From Adineta vaga (lineage: Eukaryota; Animalia; Rotifera): 64,000 nt of DNA. Shown here in pieces: positions 28,904 to 43,560 of the stretch; positions within the stretch are counted from its first letter, which is position 1; each line of letters opens with the position of its first letter. The stretch covers positions 8,432,001 through 8,496,000 of the forward strand of contig CP075497.1 in NCBI GenBank assembly GCA_021613535.1. Reading direction: 5' to 3'. A model generated the notes under the pieces. The model was not told where the DNA came from and searched no databases. It saw nothing but the letters and a program-made list of their open reading frames with translations. A program made the position numbers and the translations under genes.

Positions 28904-29882
28904 AACAACAAGAATACTTTTACAAATTAACCAATCGAGAAGAAAGATTTAACTTTTTCCGTTATTATTTTCTCTAATAAGACTTCGAACTATCTACTCA
29001 TTCGAACAATTGAACAAAATTTAAATAAACTTAAACAATTTTTAGATAATCGAGAATAGGGGTCGCTATGAACAGCTATTATGTGTTGAGACAAAATTTC
29101 ATCTCTTCTTCCGTTTCATTATAATTAATCAATGTAGATTGAAAAGAAAAATTGATTGTAAGAAATTAAATTCTTTCATCTTCTCTGCAAATATCTTCGT
29201 CTATTTGTGAGTATATATTTCCCAGTTAATTATTGTGTATTCTGTTCGTGAATAATTAATAGCATTTTATGATTATGACGTTATAATGTTATAAAGAAAG
29301 GAAAATGACAAGTTTGTCATTGATATGAATTCTTATCTTATAGATGTGGTTTTGTTTTTAGAACTAAGTGTTATCATTGATAATTTCTTTAAATGATGCA
29401 ATAACAAAAGATGATTCCATTGTGGCAAAGTCTAGAATTGTTAACGATACGACTGCATTTTGTAATCTATTTCGAATAGTCTTATGTTATCATTCTTGAT
29501 TCTCTATCTTTCATAATCATTTCGAATTATCAAAGTAGATTTCATGACGATAGATTGTGTGCAACTAATTTATATATAAATATTATCCAATTAGTATAAA
29601 CATATTGCTTGAGAAATATTCATAAATATAACCAAAATAATTCCAAATGATCTATATATAACATTTGTTTTCAGTCATCAATACTTGAGACACCATATCG
29701 ATTCCAGTCAAGCTCTTATCTTATCTAAAATATCCTTAAGAAATAAAGGTCTTTAGTAGCAGCTTTGACATCTTCTTTCACTATTGATCAAAAGAATACA
29801 CCAATCATGTTTCTGTCGCTTGCTATTACTCATTCCGTCAACCTTGTTGTTTTCCATTTGGTAAAAAACTATCATCATAGTC

Positions 29883-32800
29883 ATGGGCAATACAGATTCG
29901 AAAGTCGATTTTCGTGTAGCTGTAGTTCAATTAACATCTCACAGTCAAGTAAAATAGTGATTCAACAAATTTTTAATTCATATTTCTTTTCATTCAATAG
30001 CAAATTGAATCAAATGACGAATCATTCTGGGATCAATTTTGGTCGGATAAGATTTCTAGTGTTCAAGATATCTTTGCACTCGTACCAGCTGCAGAAATAC
30101 GTGCATTAAGAGAAGAATTACCTTCAAATTTAGCTACTCTATGTAATAAACTTGTCGATCGTTTACAATTAGCTGCCGAAAATTCATGTCAGACGCAACG
30201 AGAGCAAACAGCTGGTAAGTGAATTCTAAATTGATTAAAAATTGACAGAAAAAATATACATTTGCTTTGTAATTTACAGCTATCAATTGTGTTCGATTAT
30301 TAACACGTTTATTACCATATATATTTGAAGAACCTGAATGGCGAGGATTTTTTTGGTCAGACATCCCAACTGGTCAACAACGAATGACAACGAATAGCGT
30401 TCGTAGAAGATTGATTTTACTGAGAAAAGAAATATCATTTAGATCTTTTATAGGAATCTGTTAGTAAACCACCTTTAGCTGAACGACTTCTTCAAACATT
30501 AGCAGTAAGAAAGATATTTCACTTATTTCATTCATACTAATTATGTTTTGATTTCCAAGGATCTTTTATTTTGTCCTGATTTTACCGTTGCATCAAAGAA
30601 AAAGAAAGGACCCGTATGAAAAAATATGTTTTTATATTTATGAAAACAAATTAGATAAATTTTTTCTTTTTCAGGAAAATCCCGAGGATATTCATACGAT
30701 CGATAGTTGTGAATATATCTGGGAACCAGGCGTTGGATTTTCTCAAACAACTGTTCATGTACCAAGCAATGATCGAAATCGAACAGAAATTCTTAAACTT
30801 TTATTAACATGTTTTTCAGAAACAATCTATATGATACCAACAGGTAATTATTTAGTTTTACAAACGTTAGGAATCTACATGATACAAATATTTCGTATGT
30901 TATGTGAAAGAGTGTTTGCGATGTATTGCTTCATTCCACTTGATTTACGATTCTTGTGTAGTTTAACGATCATTCACAATATATTCTTTCTTTACAAATT
31001 TTTTAGTTGATCAACATTCTCGCCCAAATAAATGGTTGACTTATTTTACTTCAGGTCAAAATCGGTAAAAACTAAATGAAGAATTATAAATATTAACTTA
31101 TCATTTCGGCTTTTTTTCTTTCTTCGTCCTTAGACAAACTCTTCCATTATTCACTTCATTAATCAATATTGTCTTTTCCTATGATCCTGTTGGTTACTTA
31201 CCTTATAACTATCTTCTATTTACTGATACACGTGAACCTCTAGTCGAAGTCGCTGCTCAATTGTTATGTATAACATTAGAAAATAGTTCATTTGCATCGC
31301 CTGATCAGCCAGTAGCTTCGGGAGATGATTGTCCGAATTTATTTCTCAATTATTTATCACGTATTCATCGAGATGATGTAATTAACAAAGTTGTAAAATA
31401 TATTACAAAAACAATTCTTTCTATTTAGGATTTTAATATTTTACTCAAAGGTTTTTGTCGTCTATTGAATAATCCACTTATTCAAACATATTTACCAGGT
31501 TCATGTAAAAAAATTGGTTTTTATCAAGAATTACTTATTCTATTTTGGAAATTTTGTGATCGAAATAAGGTTTGATTGTCTACTCCATTAGTTGATTTTC
31601 TAAGATTTTCTTTTAGAAATTTCTATTCTATGTTTTAAAATCCAGTGATGTACTTGATTTAGTTGTACCAATTCTTTATTTTCTGAATGATGCTCGTTCA
31701 GATACATGTAAATATACAAATACATAAACGAATACTTTATTTCGATAGAAAATTCTGATTCATCTTTTTAGCGAGAATTGGTCTCATGCATATCGGTGTT
31801 TTTATTATACTTCTATTGAGTAGTGAAAGAAATTTTGGTGTTCGATTAAATAAACCATATACAACACGAATACCCATGGATATATCGGTATTTACTGGAA
31901 CTCATGCAGATTTATTAATTATTGTATGTGAATAGTGAATTTCTTCGAAAGAGATAAGACAAAAGAAATTCTGTTGTTTTTGTAGGTATTTCATAAAATA
32001 ATTGTTTCTGCTCATCAACGCTTACAACCATTGTATGATTGTTTATTAACTATCATTGTCAATATTTCACCTTACCTGAAAACTTTATCGATGGTTTCCA
32101 GCAATAAATTACTTCATTTATTAGAGGTATGAAAATTTGACTTGATGGATAGCTATGAAATCTCAGATTCTTTGAATTTGTACTATGTCCGTATTTAGGC
32201 ATTTAGTTCTCCATGGTTTCTTTTTGCTGCATCGGATAACCATCATCTTGTTTTCTTTCTTCTCGAAGCTTTTAATAATCTTATTCAATATCAATTTGAT
32301 GGTAAGATTTGCTTTTCTAATACATTCATATCTAATCAAAATCATTGAAGGAAATGCCAATCTTATCTACACAATAATTCGTAAACGACAAGTTTTCTTT
32401 GCATTAAGTAATTTAGCGACCGATCCGCATGCTATAACAAAATTAAGTACAAGAAATGCCAGTATAACTTCAGTATCACCAAAGAAAACAAATGAAACAT
32501 CATCAAACAATAAGCAAACAGTTTTTCAAACAAATTCAAAATCCACAATTGATAATGAACCTCAATTGAACAGAGATTTTGTTCCACAACCGAATGCCAA
32601 TGTACTAGGAGGACTTAATAATGCGATGATAACAACACTTGCAGAAACACCTTGTAAGTAAAATTTAATTCTTATAACAGTTCACTTTTCTTTTCTCACT
32701 TGACCTTGAACACACTTTTAACGGGAATGTCGCTGGTCGTAGTGTATTTCCTTGAAAGAAGTGAAGGAAGTCAATTATTCTCAAGAAATACTTTACTTAG

Positions 32801-33559
32801 CACTAAATCATATTGTTAGATCTCTTTGAGAGTAATCTTTCAGAAGAAAAAGGAGACATACAGGATTCATATTTTAGTCAAGAATTCTATATTTGACATA
32901 TGCAAATCATCATCTTTTCTTTCTAGCTATTCATATAATGACTGAACGTACATTAGCTGCTTCGTCAAGTCTAGATGATAATAATCGTACACGTTCTAGT
33001 ACAACAAATGAATCATCACCATCATCAACTCGGGTAAAAATCATGAATAGAAAAGTATATTTGAATATCTCTTTATTGATTGTTTGTCTATTTAGCCTGC
33101 TTCACCTCGATCATCAACAATAGTTTCTTCAAGTCATTTTCATCAAGCAGAAAATAGTGTTTGGTCTCCAACATCTGAATGGATACAATCGTGGAAAAGT
33201 AAATTGCCATTACAAACCATTATGCGTCTTCTTCAAGTACTTGTACCACAAGTCGAAAAAATCTGTATGGATCGTGGATTAACTGATGAAAGTGAAATCA
33301 TTAAATTTCTTCAACATGGAACATTAGTTGGATTATTACCTGTTCCACATCCCATATTAATTCGAAAATATCAACCAAATTCTGGTACAGTTATGTGGTT
33401 TCGTACATACATGTGGGGTGTCATCTATCTCAGGTAAAGAATAGAATCAATTCAATGTTCAAGTATATTTATTTTTCTTTTTCTTTTGTGTTTAGGAATG
33501 TTGATCCACCTATATGGTATGATACAGATGTTAAATTATTTGAAATTCAACGTGTTTAA
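29883..33559 (+). CDS. HID1: HID1 domain-containing protein (dymeclin family)
   Basis: MGNTDSKVDFR myristoylation start, LLTRLLPYIFE, IDSCEYIWEPGVG, LPLQTIMRLLQVLVPQVEKIC and terminal DPPIWYDTDVKLFEIQRV. Confidence 0.96.
32700..32901 (+). ncRNA. Candidate intronic structured RNA (H/ACA-like with a 5' extra hairpin) in a HID1 intron
   Basis: 273-nt intron (32654-32926) with two long hairpins, AGAAGA (ANANNA) at 32842-32847, a third stem and ACA at 32896-32898. Confidence 0.35.
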
Positions 33560-35719
33560 GAACAAGAATCTTTAGTTTTATTTTCTTTTCATTAAATTCT
33601 TCAGGTTTTCTTTTATTTTGTTTTTCAAATTTTCATCAATGAACAGAGAAAACTATACTTCGATAATGGATATACAACCGAAAGGAGATACAGGAATATA
33701 TATATATATATACATATGATTTAATGTCATCCTACATCTTTATTATTTTTGTTTCTGTTAAAACTTAGTTGTGCATTCTTTATTTATAATTATTGTTGTT
33801 ATTTTTTCTGGTGGATGTTTTTAAAAGAAATAAATATACATATACATGTTCATTTTACTTTTCGCAATATAATAATAGTCGAAGTATAAAAATAATATCC
33901 CTTTTTTGCTGCAGTCAAACTACTTGAAAATCGATAAAAGAAAACAAACGTAAATCATTGATCAATTATATTTTGTGATTGAAAGCAATTCCAGCTTCAT
34001 TTCTTTCTCTTACTATTTGGTACACATCATCAAACGAAAATTACCTCGCTAACGATGTGATATTGTTTTGTTTTTTCTTCATTCTTACTCTTTCGTTAGA
34101 GATAGGAAAAAGAGAAGTAGGCATGTTCGATAGACTAATTATCGTACACAATTACAACCATCGATCTTACTATTGACAACAGGGAGGTAAGAAGAAAGAA
34201 ATCTGTCGACTAAAAATATACCCTGTCAAATTCTCTTTTCTTCATGTATTTAATTATATAAAAGGTTCGATTTTGTACTAATACTATGAAAACTATTATC
34301 CAGAGAATATCGAATCTCAAGTTAAATCATTGATTTGTACTTTTTTTTTCTTCTTTTCAATCTATGGAGAAATCAGTGCTGCTACTCGAGAGTATGTATG
34401 TTAGATATCGAACATATATTGTTTTGTTATTCACTTCTGGCGCGTTAAATGAACAGTGTTGTGTAATCTCCTAAATAACAAAGAGAGAAAAAAAGTCGAG
34501 AGAAGGCTAACTATACAGGCATACTCATGAGGATTGCCAGTCACCGTCATATATCAACACCTTAATACCAACAGAGACAAAAGAGAACAATACAATCTAT
34601 TCAATGACTGGATCGAGAATAAAACATTCAGGAGCGATTTATTTCTTTTTTCTCCTCGTCTTCTTCTTCTTCTTCTTCGTCGTCGTCTTCTTATGTTCCT
34701 TTATGATTAATAGGGAGAAATTACTAATGCAAATGTTCGTTTTTCACACGAGCCACTTGATACATCTAAACGACGTTGTTCATGCATGGGCATAATGTAC
34801 CGTATGTATATCTGTCTGAATTTTAAGATTGAATTTCCATTTGAACAATGTTCAAGCCAATATGACTGTCATATCGAGTGTTTATTGTGTCCAAGAAACG
34901 AGAAAATCGAATAAGATAGAAGAAGAAAAAAAAAGTCTCCTCGTTTTGATTGAAAAGGTCATAAACATTCATTTAAATATAATAGTCAAAATGACAAGAA
35001 TATATGGTTCGATTTACAATCTGTATATATGAAAGTTTATCACTCGTCTTACTTTTTTTTCTCTACGAACGAAAAGCGACTTGTCAATTTTTAATTTCAT
35101 TTCAATCGAATTGTTGATGACCTTCTTTTTCTCTTTCTTTCTCTTTTTTTCTTGTCAATTTACCCATTTTAGCTTATATGCCACTCATTTAAACATTCAT
35201 CTCGACACATAAAATGTGTTTGTATTGAACAGAAATACATAAGCATACAACAACGTCGGGTAAATATCAGAGAGAAAAAAAAGAATGTTGTTATGTTTTG
35301 TACGAGGAACAAGAGAATAGAGAGGATTGTATGTTTGCGCCTACACTCGTGCACTAGTCTAATGACCGAACGAAACGAACGAGAGAGCTAATACGATTTT
35401 TTTTCTTCTTCTTCTCCTTCTTCTTCTTGTCTATCTGTCTGTACGTGCTTACTCTCGTCCAAACAACATCAGCAGTTTAACTTGTATTTCCTTTCGATAA
35501 AGAAAATGGGAGAAGAAAATTGATCATTCATCCACATCGATAACGTATGTATTGTGGCCTTCAGTTTCAATAGACATTCATCAATTTCTTTCTTTTTCTT
35601 TTATTTCTTCTTTTTGCCGTTTTTTTTAATAAATAGAAAGAAAAAACCCCTATCTTGACCTTGCCGGAATATAACACTAATCGAATGTCTCTCCTCCTTG
35701 TTTCTAGTATTTTCTTTGA

Positions 35720-38700
35720 ATGACTTGGTGTGCTAAAATCTATGATATTTTTAATGGATGGACTGATGATGAACATGAATTACCATCAACACCAGCTGCA
35801 AAATCAATTAATGGCTTGCCGGAGACATCATTATCATCGCGGATTGCACGATTTAATGCACTCAATGATAGTCCATATTTAGAAAGATCTCATTCAATAT
35901 CTAGTATAACTAATCCAACAAATTATAATAGACAAAAGTAAAAATTCAAATCTTTCATTTTGATTGGATAAATAAGTTTTCATTTCGTTTCTTAGTCATA
36001 ATCGATATTTTACCTATGAAAACAATTTCCATTCTCAAGATCAAAAACTGTATGGAATTGCAACAATGTATAGATTTTCAATCAATATCTTTTTATAATC
36101 TTTTAATAAATCTATTTATTTATTTTTAGTTCAAATATGTCACTCAATCTCCCATCTTATTCAAAGTATGTTTGAAATAATCTCCATCTGTTCATAATCA
36201 TTCGTTATCTTAATTGAAGGAGAATGTGAGATTGATTTAGGATTTTTTTTATCTTATATATCGATTATGTCAATATTTTCAAAGATTTACATATCGCCCC
36301 CGCCAACTGGCATCTTTTCTGTGTTTTTTTTATTCTCTTCTAAAGATATAATCATATCGTATTCGATGTTTCGTTTTTATTTTTTCTTCTCTTTTATCTA
36401 AAGGTATATGGGAAGCACGAACGAATATTCTCAAGAACAACAATTGGCAAGAAGTTATTCATTCGAATTACGTCGTAATAATTGTATGCTACCATCTACT
36501 GTTAATCCATCACCTACTGTCAGATATCCAATAGTTCAACAACGGAATAATCCAATAGAAAAACCATTACGATCTTCATCAGTTAATGTTTTAATGAATA
36601 ATTCAATGATTGGAAGTCGAGCTTCATTACCAAATCGAAAGGTATTGACAAATTTTCAAATAAGATCATAAAGATCAGCGTAACTATAGAGTGTTACGGT
36701 CATAAGGAAATTCTTTTGAAACTTTCGAAGGTTATTAGTGTGACCGAAAGTTACGAACATATATATTCATTCAGTTATAAACTTGTCATTTTTCATCTAT
36801 TCATATAACCAATCATGGCATATATGCAGGTATACAACAAAAGAAGAAAAAAAAGTCTATTTGAAGTTTAAAATTTTAGTTAAATTGATAAGTCTAATCA
36901 CATATGTATCTTTTCGTTATGCTTGAATTAAGTTGTTCATATTATAAAGATAGACATCTTTCGTCGAGTGATAGAATTTATCTTTTTTCTAACACATTAA
37001 GAGTAGTAATGATTTCATTTCTTCATTGACGATTGAATCGTGTGAGTAGTAGAAAAGTCAAGTATGTCATACAGTTTAATGTTCGAAAATTACCATATTG
37101 CATAGATTTATTCAAATAAATAAGCTGATCAAATATTTTCTAAAGACATAATTACATTTCTTTCGGATTTTTTTTACGTTATGTGAAACTATGTAGTTTG
37201 TTCGACATATAACATAATTCCCTACATATGAAATATTTTAGGAAGTTATCGGTCCACGTTTATCCACGCGCTCTTCATATTCAGTTGCAGAATATGAAAA
37301 CAATGATGTACCATCTCGAAACAATGAACAAGTTGGAGAAGCAGTTCAATATTATATAAAAGAGGTATGTTCAATGATTCTCTCCAGTGACTTTTGTTCA
37401 TTTGTTACCTCTACTCGTATTTGTCAGTGGGCGAAAAGAGAAAAAAAAATCGGCAAATATTTCATTCCCTATTGAAAATCTCCTGAGAATCGAATCAATT
37501 TTTCTTCTTCTATATTTATTAGATGTTGACATCATCACCGACTAATATACTTCCAATGGTTTACCGTTTTCCATCAGATGAAATGTTACAATGTAATGAT
37601 CGTCATCGTATCGAAGGTGGATATGATGAACCATCGCAATGGATTATTCAAACCAAAATACCTCCTGTTGACTGTCGAATCACCTCAGATAATGTTGCGG
37701 CGATTTATTCGAATTATTTCTTTGATCAAGTAATTTTGTCATTTATTTCAATTCCTTTTTTTTTACTATCAATTCAACATTTAGTATCATTATAATCTAT
37801 TTGCAATCGATGAGAATTCCAATCCTGTTATAATGTCAATTAAACCACATAATAATAAATTAACAGTCATTGTTCGAACAAAAGAAAGTTCGAAATGTAT
37901 GGATTTTGTAGAAAATACCTCCGATTCAATTGATTTTGTTTATCTATCGAAACAATTATATCCCAATTTACAGGTGACACAATTTGAGAATTGTTCAAAT
38001 TTAAAAGTAAAAGATTTTTTTCCGTTAATTAATTTGCGATTGAATTTATTTAGGCACAACAACTTATTAAAAACTTTGATGAGAAATTAGAAACACATAA
38101 ATTTAAATTCGGTGTTATTTATCAAAAACGTGGACAGGTAGTTATTCATATCATATGACGGCAAAAATTTCATTTGAAATTCTTTGTTTTAGACAACGGA
38201 AGAGGAATTTTTCAATAATGAACGACATGGCAGATCATTAGATGAATTTCTTGATATTATTGCTACTAGAGTTTCATTAAAAAATTTCAAAGGGTATTTA
38301 ACTAATCTTTATCATTCAAATTATCTATGGAATTTGTATCTGATTTAGTTATCGAGCTGGTCTTGATGTAAGTGAACAAACGGATTCACCTATATCCTAT
38401 TATGAATTATACGATCAAAAAGAAATCATGTTTCATGTTAGTACATTATTACCATTTACACATACAGATAGTTCACAAATTCAACGTAAACGTCATATTG
38501 GTAATGATATTGTTACAATTGTTTTTCAAGAAGAAAACACTCCATTTCATCCCAGTATGATCAAATCAAATTTTCTACATGTTTTTCTTGTTGTACAACC
38601 TGTACAAGTACTATCAAGGACATGTTATAAAGTACGTTTTCGAATTTATCATTCGATAGAAACTACAAAATATATATTGAATAGACTTTTCCTTGAAATC

Positions 38701-40030
38701 AAGGCTAAAAAATAATTAGAAAATCAAACATACATTTTGTTTTTTGCGAAAATAATGATGAATTAAAGTTATTCTTTTTCTATATAGATGACATTGGTTA
38801 CTCGTGATGATATTGAACCATTTACACCAATTCTTCAACGTAATGTTGTCTATGTTCGTACTGCTGAATATTTGAAACCATTTATATTATCGAAATTAAT
38901 CAATGCAGAATTTGCAGCTTATCGTTGTCGAACATTTTCATTATTACAAGAACGCACACGTTGCTCATATTTGAAAACATTATGTGAAAATTTAACGGAG
39001 AAATCTTATGATTTATTATGTGATGAACAAAAACGTGCTAGTAGTCGTCGATTATCTTTATTATCGAATTCGTCGAAAAAACGTTATTTTTCTAATGTAA
39101 AGAAAATGTTTACGAGAAGTAATAGTACACCCGATGGACCGCAATCATCATTGAATAAATCTGAACAAACTTTGAGTGATAAAGTAGGTCGAAAAGATAA
39201 GTTGGTCAATGTTCTTTATTCTTGGGGGTTTTCTTTAGGAACGACGAAAAAATGGAAAGAAATTGTTGAGATCAGGCAAATCAGTCGATATTGAAGATAA
39301 TGTTATTAATCAACGTTCTTCAATTGCAATTTCATTACCTGAGTAAGAATAATTAGTTTTGTATCAATTATTGAATATAATATGTTGTATTTTCGTTTTC
39401 AGTCAAGATTTTACACGTGAACATAATTTAATCAATCGGTAAAAGAACATTTTTCTTTTCAAAAGAAAAACAGAAATTCATTGTCCATTGTTTATCTTCT
39501 TCTAGACATGGAACTGCGCGAAGTAATGAAAGTTTAGACAGTAGTGGTGATATGCCATCATCTGAGCCACGTTCTGCAGTTCCACATTATCCTGTACGTT
39601 CTGTTCATACATATTATGGAGATGAATCTGATGAAGGATTGGTAAGTTATTCTTTTTTGTTAAAAATACTAATTAGAAATAAAATATATAATGAATTTCT
39701 AGGATAGTATGTCATCAGCAGATACAGCATTTTCACATAATCAAACTCGTGTGCCATATGACAGTGATGATCAAGATGGTAAATAATCTTTACTGAAACT
39801 TTTTTTGTTTTCTTATCAATTTTTATTTAGCTTATCGACAACAACTTCGTGAAAAATCTCAACCAACTCATATCGTATGTATCAGATCAATTCTTTAGTT
39901 GTTTTTTCTTCATAAAATATTGTTTTAGTCTCATCCATGGCATCGTATATCTGGTCAACGTCAAGGAAATGTTCAAATCTATACTCCTCAAACGGCTGGT
40001 ATTCATATAAGTGAACCAGCCACTGTTTGA
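35720..40030 (+). CDS. RAP1GAP: Rap1 GTPase-activating protein (5' exons uncertain; alternative ATG at 36408)
   Basis: [43 protein letters not shown] (Asn thumb intact) and [10 protein letters not shown]. Confidence 0.9.
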
Positions 40031-41670
40031 AATCAACTTTAATTTGTTTTTCATCTACGGTTCATTTTTATAAAAAATGTACAATTTATCTTCACATTCG
40101 TATACATATATTTGTTTTATTTGGTTTTTCGTTTTTTTTTCTTTTTTCTGTTCTTTCTTGTTGTCGTCGTTATACTATATGCATTATTCTACAGAGATTA
40201 TTTTTCTTCTGGCGTGCATTACTATATAGACATTTGATTCATTTTCAAAATAGACGATTGTATAAATATATATATATATATGTTGAAAGAGATAAGAGAT
40301 TGCAATGGATGGATGATTTGAAAATAAAATATCGTGGATGCTTTTCTTTTCTTTGAATTGTATATTCTTTTGGATTAGTCTGACAAAGAAACAATATAGT
40401 TAATTTCAATTAGAATTGAAACAAGAAAATTGAAACTAATCTCCTGGATTAGTCACGAGTGAAGACAAAAAAAGAAAACAATACTTTTCTTTTTCAGTTA
40501 ATTATTATAAAATCTGACAAGAACTTAACAAAATGTAAAATAGGAAAAGAAAGATTTTCTATTCATATAAAATCTATTGACTATGCAATTTTATTCGAGG
40601 TCATAGATTGAATTACCTTTCGACTCAATATGACATACTTGTCTCGTCGTTGTTGATCAATTTTTATTCGTATTCAGCTCAATAAACTTTCTTTCATCGT
40701 CATCATCATCATCATCATAAAAACGAAATGACATGAACTATGTTGATTAGCATCTTATCGACTCGAATAATTCAGCGTTTATTTCCTTTGGATCAATAGT
40801 GTTCTATTGAAGATATTTTTAACATTGATAATGATATGACACGTTTTAAGATCATCAATTGCCTTCTTTGTTTAGTAAACAACTTAGATCAATAAGAGAA
40901 TTGAATCGTCAATATGCACGTTCTTTATCTATATGCATATAAGTTGTTGAATTCTGCGATAAAAAAAATGTACATCTAATATGTTTTGTAGATTTTTAGG
41001 TTTCATTTTACTTGCTTATTTTTATTAGTGAATTTTTTAACTACTTGTCTAGTAAGAAAAATGCATTGAAGAAAGAAAACCTTCATGTTCAAGGTTAACG
41101 GCGCTTTAATATGAATATTATAAACCAGAATAAACTATTGTCTTATGTGATGTGTTCTATTTAGCGTACGTCATATGTTTTTTTCTTGAAGAAGAAGGTC
41201 ACAAATATGACTAGATTTTGTAGGAGAGAAAAAGAACTACTTAGTAAAATGATCAAAGTAAGAGAATATAAAACAAACAAGTGTTAGAAGATATTAATCG
41301 TTCGTCAGTTGCTGTTATCGAGCATTCTAATCCAGACGCATTCTGACCTTTTGATCAAACTTATTAATGTGAACATTTTCGGAAGATGATGAAAAGAACA
41401 TCGATGGTAATAAACGCATCAAATTTCTTTTCTATACAAATCAGACTTCACTGATTCTTCAACTTGATCTAAATATAAACGATATCGTCGACATTGTCCT
41501 TGATTTCATTGGTGCCATCAGACACGAACATCATACATTAAAAACTAAACAGGTAGGTTACATCATTTGAATCGTTCGTTTCTTTTTTTTTTCATTATAT
41601 GAGGATGCATATTCTATGTATTCCGCTCTTCCCCTTTACTCCTTTTTTTTTCACCGTCATGCAAATATTA

Positions 41671-41690
41671 CACACACACACACACACACA
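41671..41690. repeat. (CA)10 microsatellite
   Basis: Read directly from the sequence. Confidence 0.9.
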
Positions 41691-43560
41691 TACACATATG
41701 CGTGTTCTCGTAAGCACTCTCCTGCTACTATTTGTTAAAAAATGTTTTTGTCGTGTTACTTAACTGAAAGAAAACGAATTCACATATATACCGAAACAGT
41801 TTCGACAATATTTTTCAATTTTACAAACTCAATTATCATTCCCATCAACAAATTATTTTGTATCTTATCATAAAAAAAATTTTCAGGTAAGAATAACAAT
41901 GTTAAAATAGAAACTATAAGAGAGAGAAAACACACACATAAACACAAGGACTCCATAGATAAGTTTGATGACGATATTGATATAACAATATTATCACGCA
42001 TTTTCTTTTTGCTTAAATTGAGACATCATCAGGTAATACGATATTTTTCTCCTTTTTATAATAATGTTTTTCGATAAACATATGTCTGATCGTAATTGAC
42101 TAGAGTATGAATGATTAAGTAAATAAATGATCATCAGATTCCGAAGTAACCATGATTGTCCATCGAAAAAAAAACTCGTAGAAACGAAGAAAACCTTGAC
42201 ATGAATAACCAAGATAGGTATGTGTGAATGAGAACAAATGTGTTCATTTGACATTTGTCAAACAGTGAGAGAAATGAACGGATGTGCATAAACATATTTT
42301 AATTGTTATGACTTTCGATCAGTAATTGTTTGTGAAGAGTAAGAAAGTAATGTAAATTGAGTTTATTTCATCTGAAAATGTTTTAAAATCTTCCTTGGCA
42401 TTTCGCAAATAATCACTAGCCTTCATTCATGCAGTCAGTGTACAGCTTGAACATATGTGTCCAATTTATTTTGGCATTTCTTTCCTTTTTATTTGTGAAC
42501 TGATTGTTTGATCTAGTTGTGTTTATATATATCTAACATAGAGAGAAGAAAAAAGTTTAGACTTTCTAGCAGCATGAGAGAAAAGATCATTGTTAGTACA
42601 AAACGTATATTTGTATGCTTATCATCAGTCATCTTCATACGATAGTCAAGTGTTATACCTATCTCACGTTCATAACAATGATTAGTTTTATGGCAATTAT
42701 TGCTGAATATTGGCGAAGATGGAGAGTGAATGAACAAGTATTCAATCGTATGTATTGAGACATCATTTTAAATGATGCATCTATCTTTGTATATGTAAGA
42801 GAGATTATTATCGATTAGAAATCGAATAGAATGTGTGAATATGAAGGTGGTGTCAGCTTTTGTTCTTTAATTTTCAATCAATACATTCTTCATCTTACAT
42901 CATCTGTCTCTCGAGTTTGATTGTCCTATAATTATATAGTAGAAGGTGTGATCTACTATGCAGTTGTATACTTTTTTTTTCTTCTCTTCCTTCTTTGTTC
43001 GTTTTAATTTGAACATACAAGTTTAAATTACTCATACTCACGCACACGAATGTAGTCATTCCAACGCCTTCTGTCCATCACGTTTAATGAAGAAGTAAAA
43101 GAAAAGAAGACCAGATACCTTAATCTATCTATTATTTTCATGTGAGGTCGTGGAGCATGAGCAATGCTGATGGAGCGTATAAAGGAGACTGAAATGAAGT
43201 TTGAATTGATGTGTGAGAAAAAAAGGACGACAAAGAAAGAGAAAGGACATAGTGAAGAGAGAAAGGAGAAGCGCGAGAACGAAAGACAATGACCGAAAGA
43301 GTGCAATATGTTCTATAATAAAGAAAAAGCCACTCATTCATGCATCAACCAGCAATGAAGACCGAGAATTGAAGGGAAAGACAAGAAAAAATGAATAGAG
43401 TATAGTTACTCATTCCAACTAATCATAATCATATGAAAGTTAGAAAGTGAGAAAAAAAAGAGACAAACGATGCGTTGTAAGTAAACAATTGACCGATAAA
43501 ATGATCGGAGTTTTTTTTTCTTCTCTTTAATATTAAAGAATTCTATTTATAGTAAAACAT

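Noticed and set aside
36679-36710. Twister-ribozyme-like words (UAAC...CGGUC..AAG)
   Set aside because: The pseudoknot partners and closing strands required for twister are absent.
40400-43500. Long intergenic stretch with short ORFs; possible transposon or foreign gene
   Set aside because: No transposase/RT motifs, terminal repeats or convincing exons; likely the regulatory region and 5'UTR exons of the GAS2-like gene.
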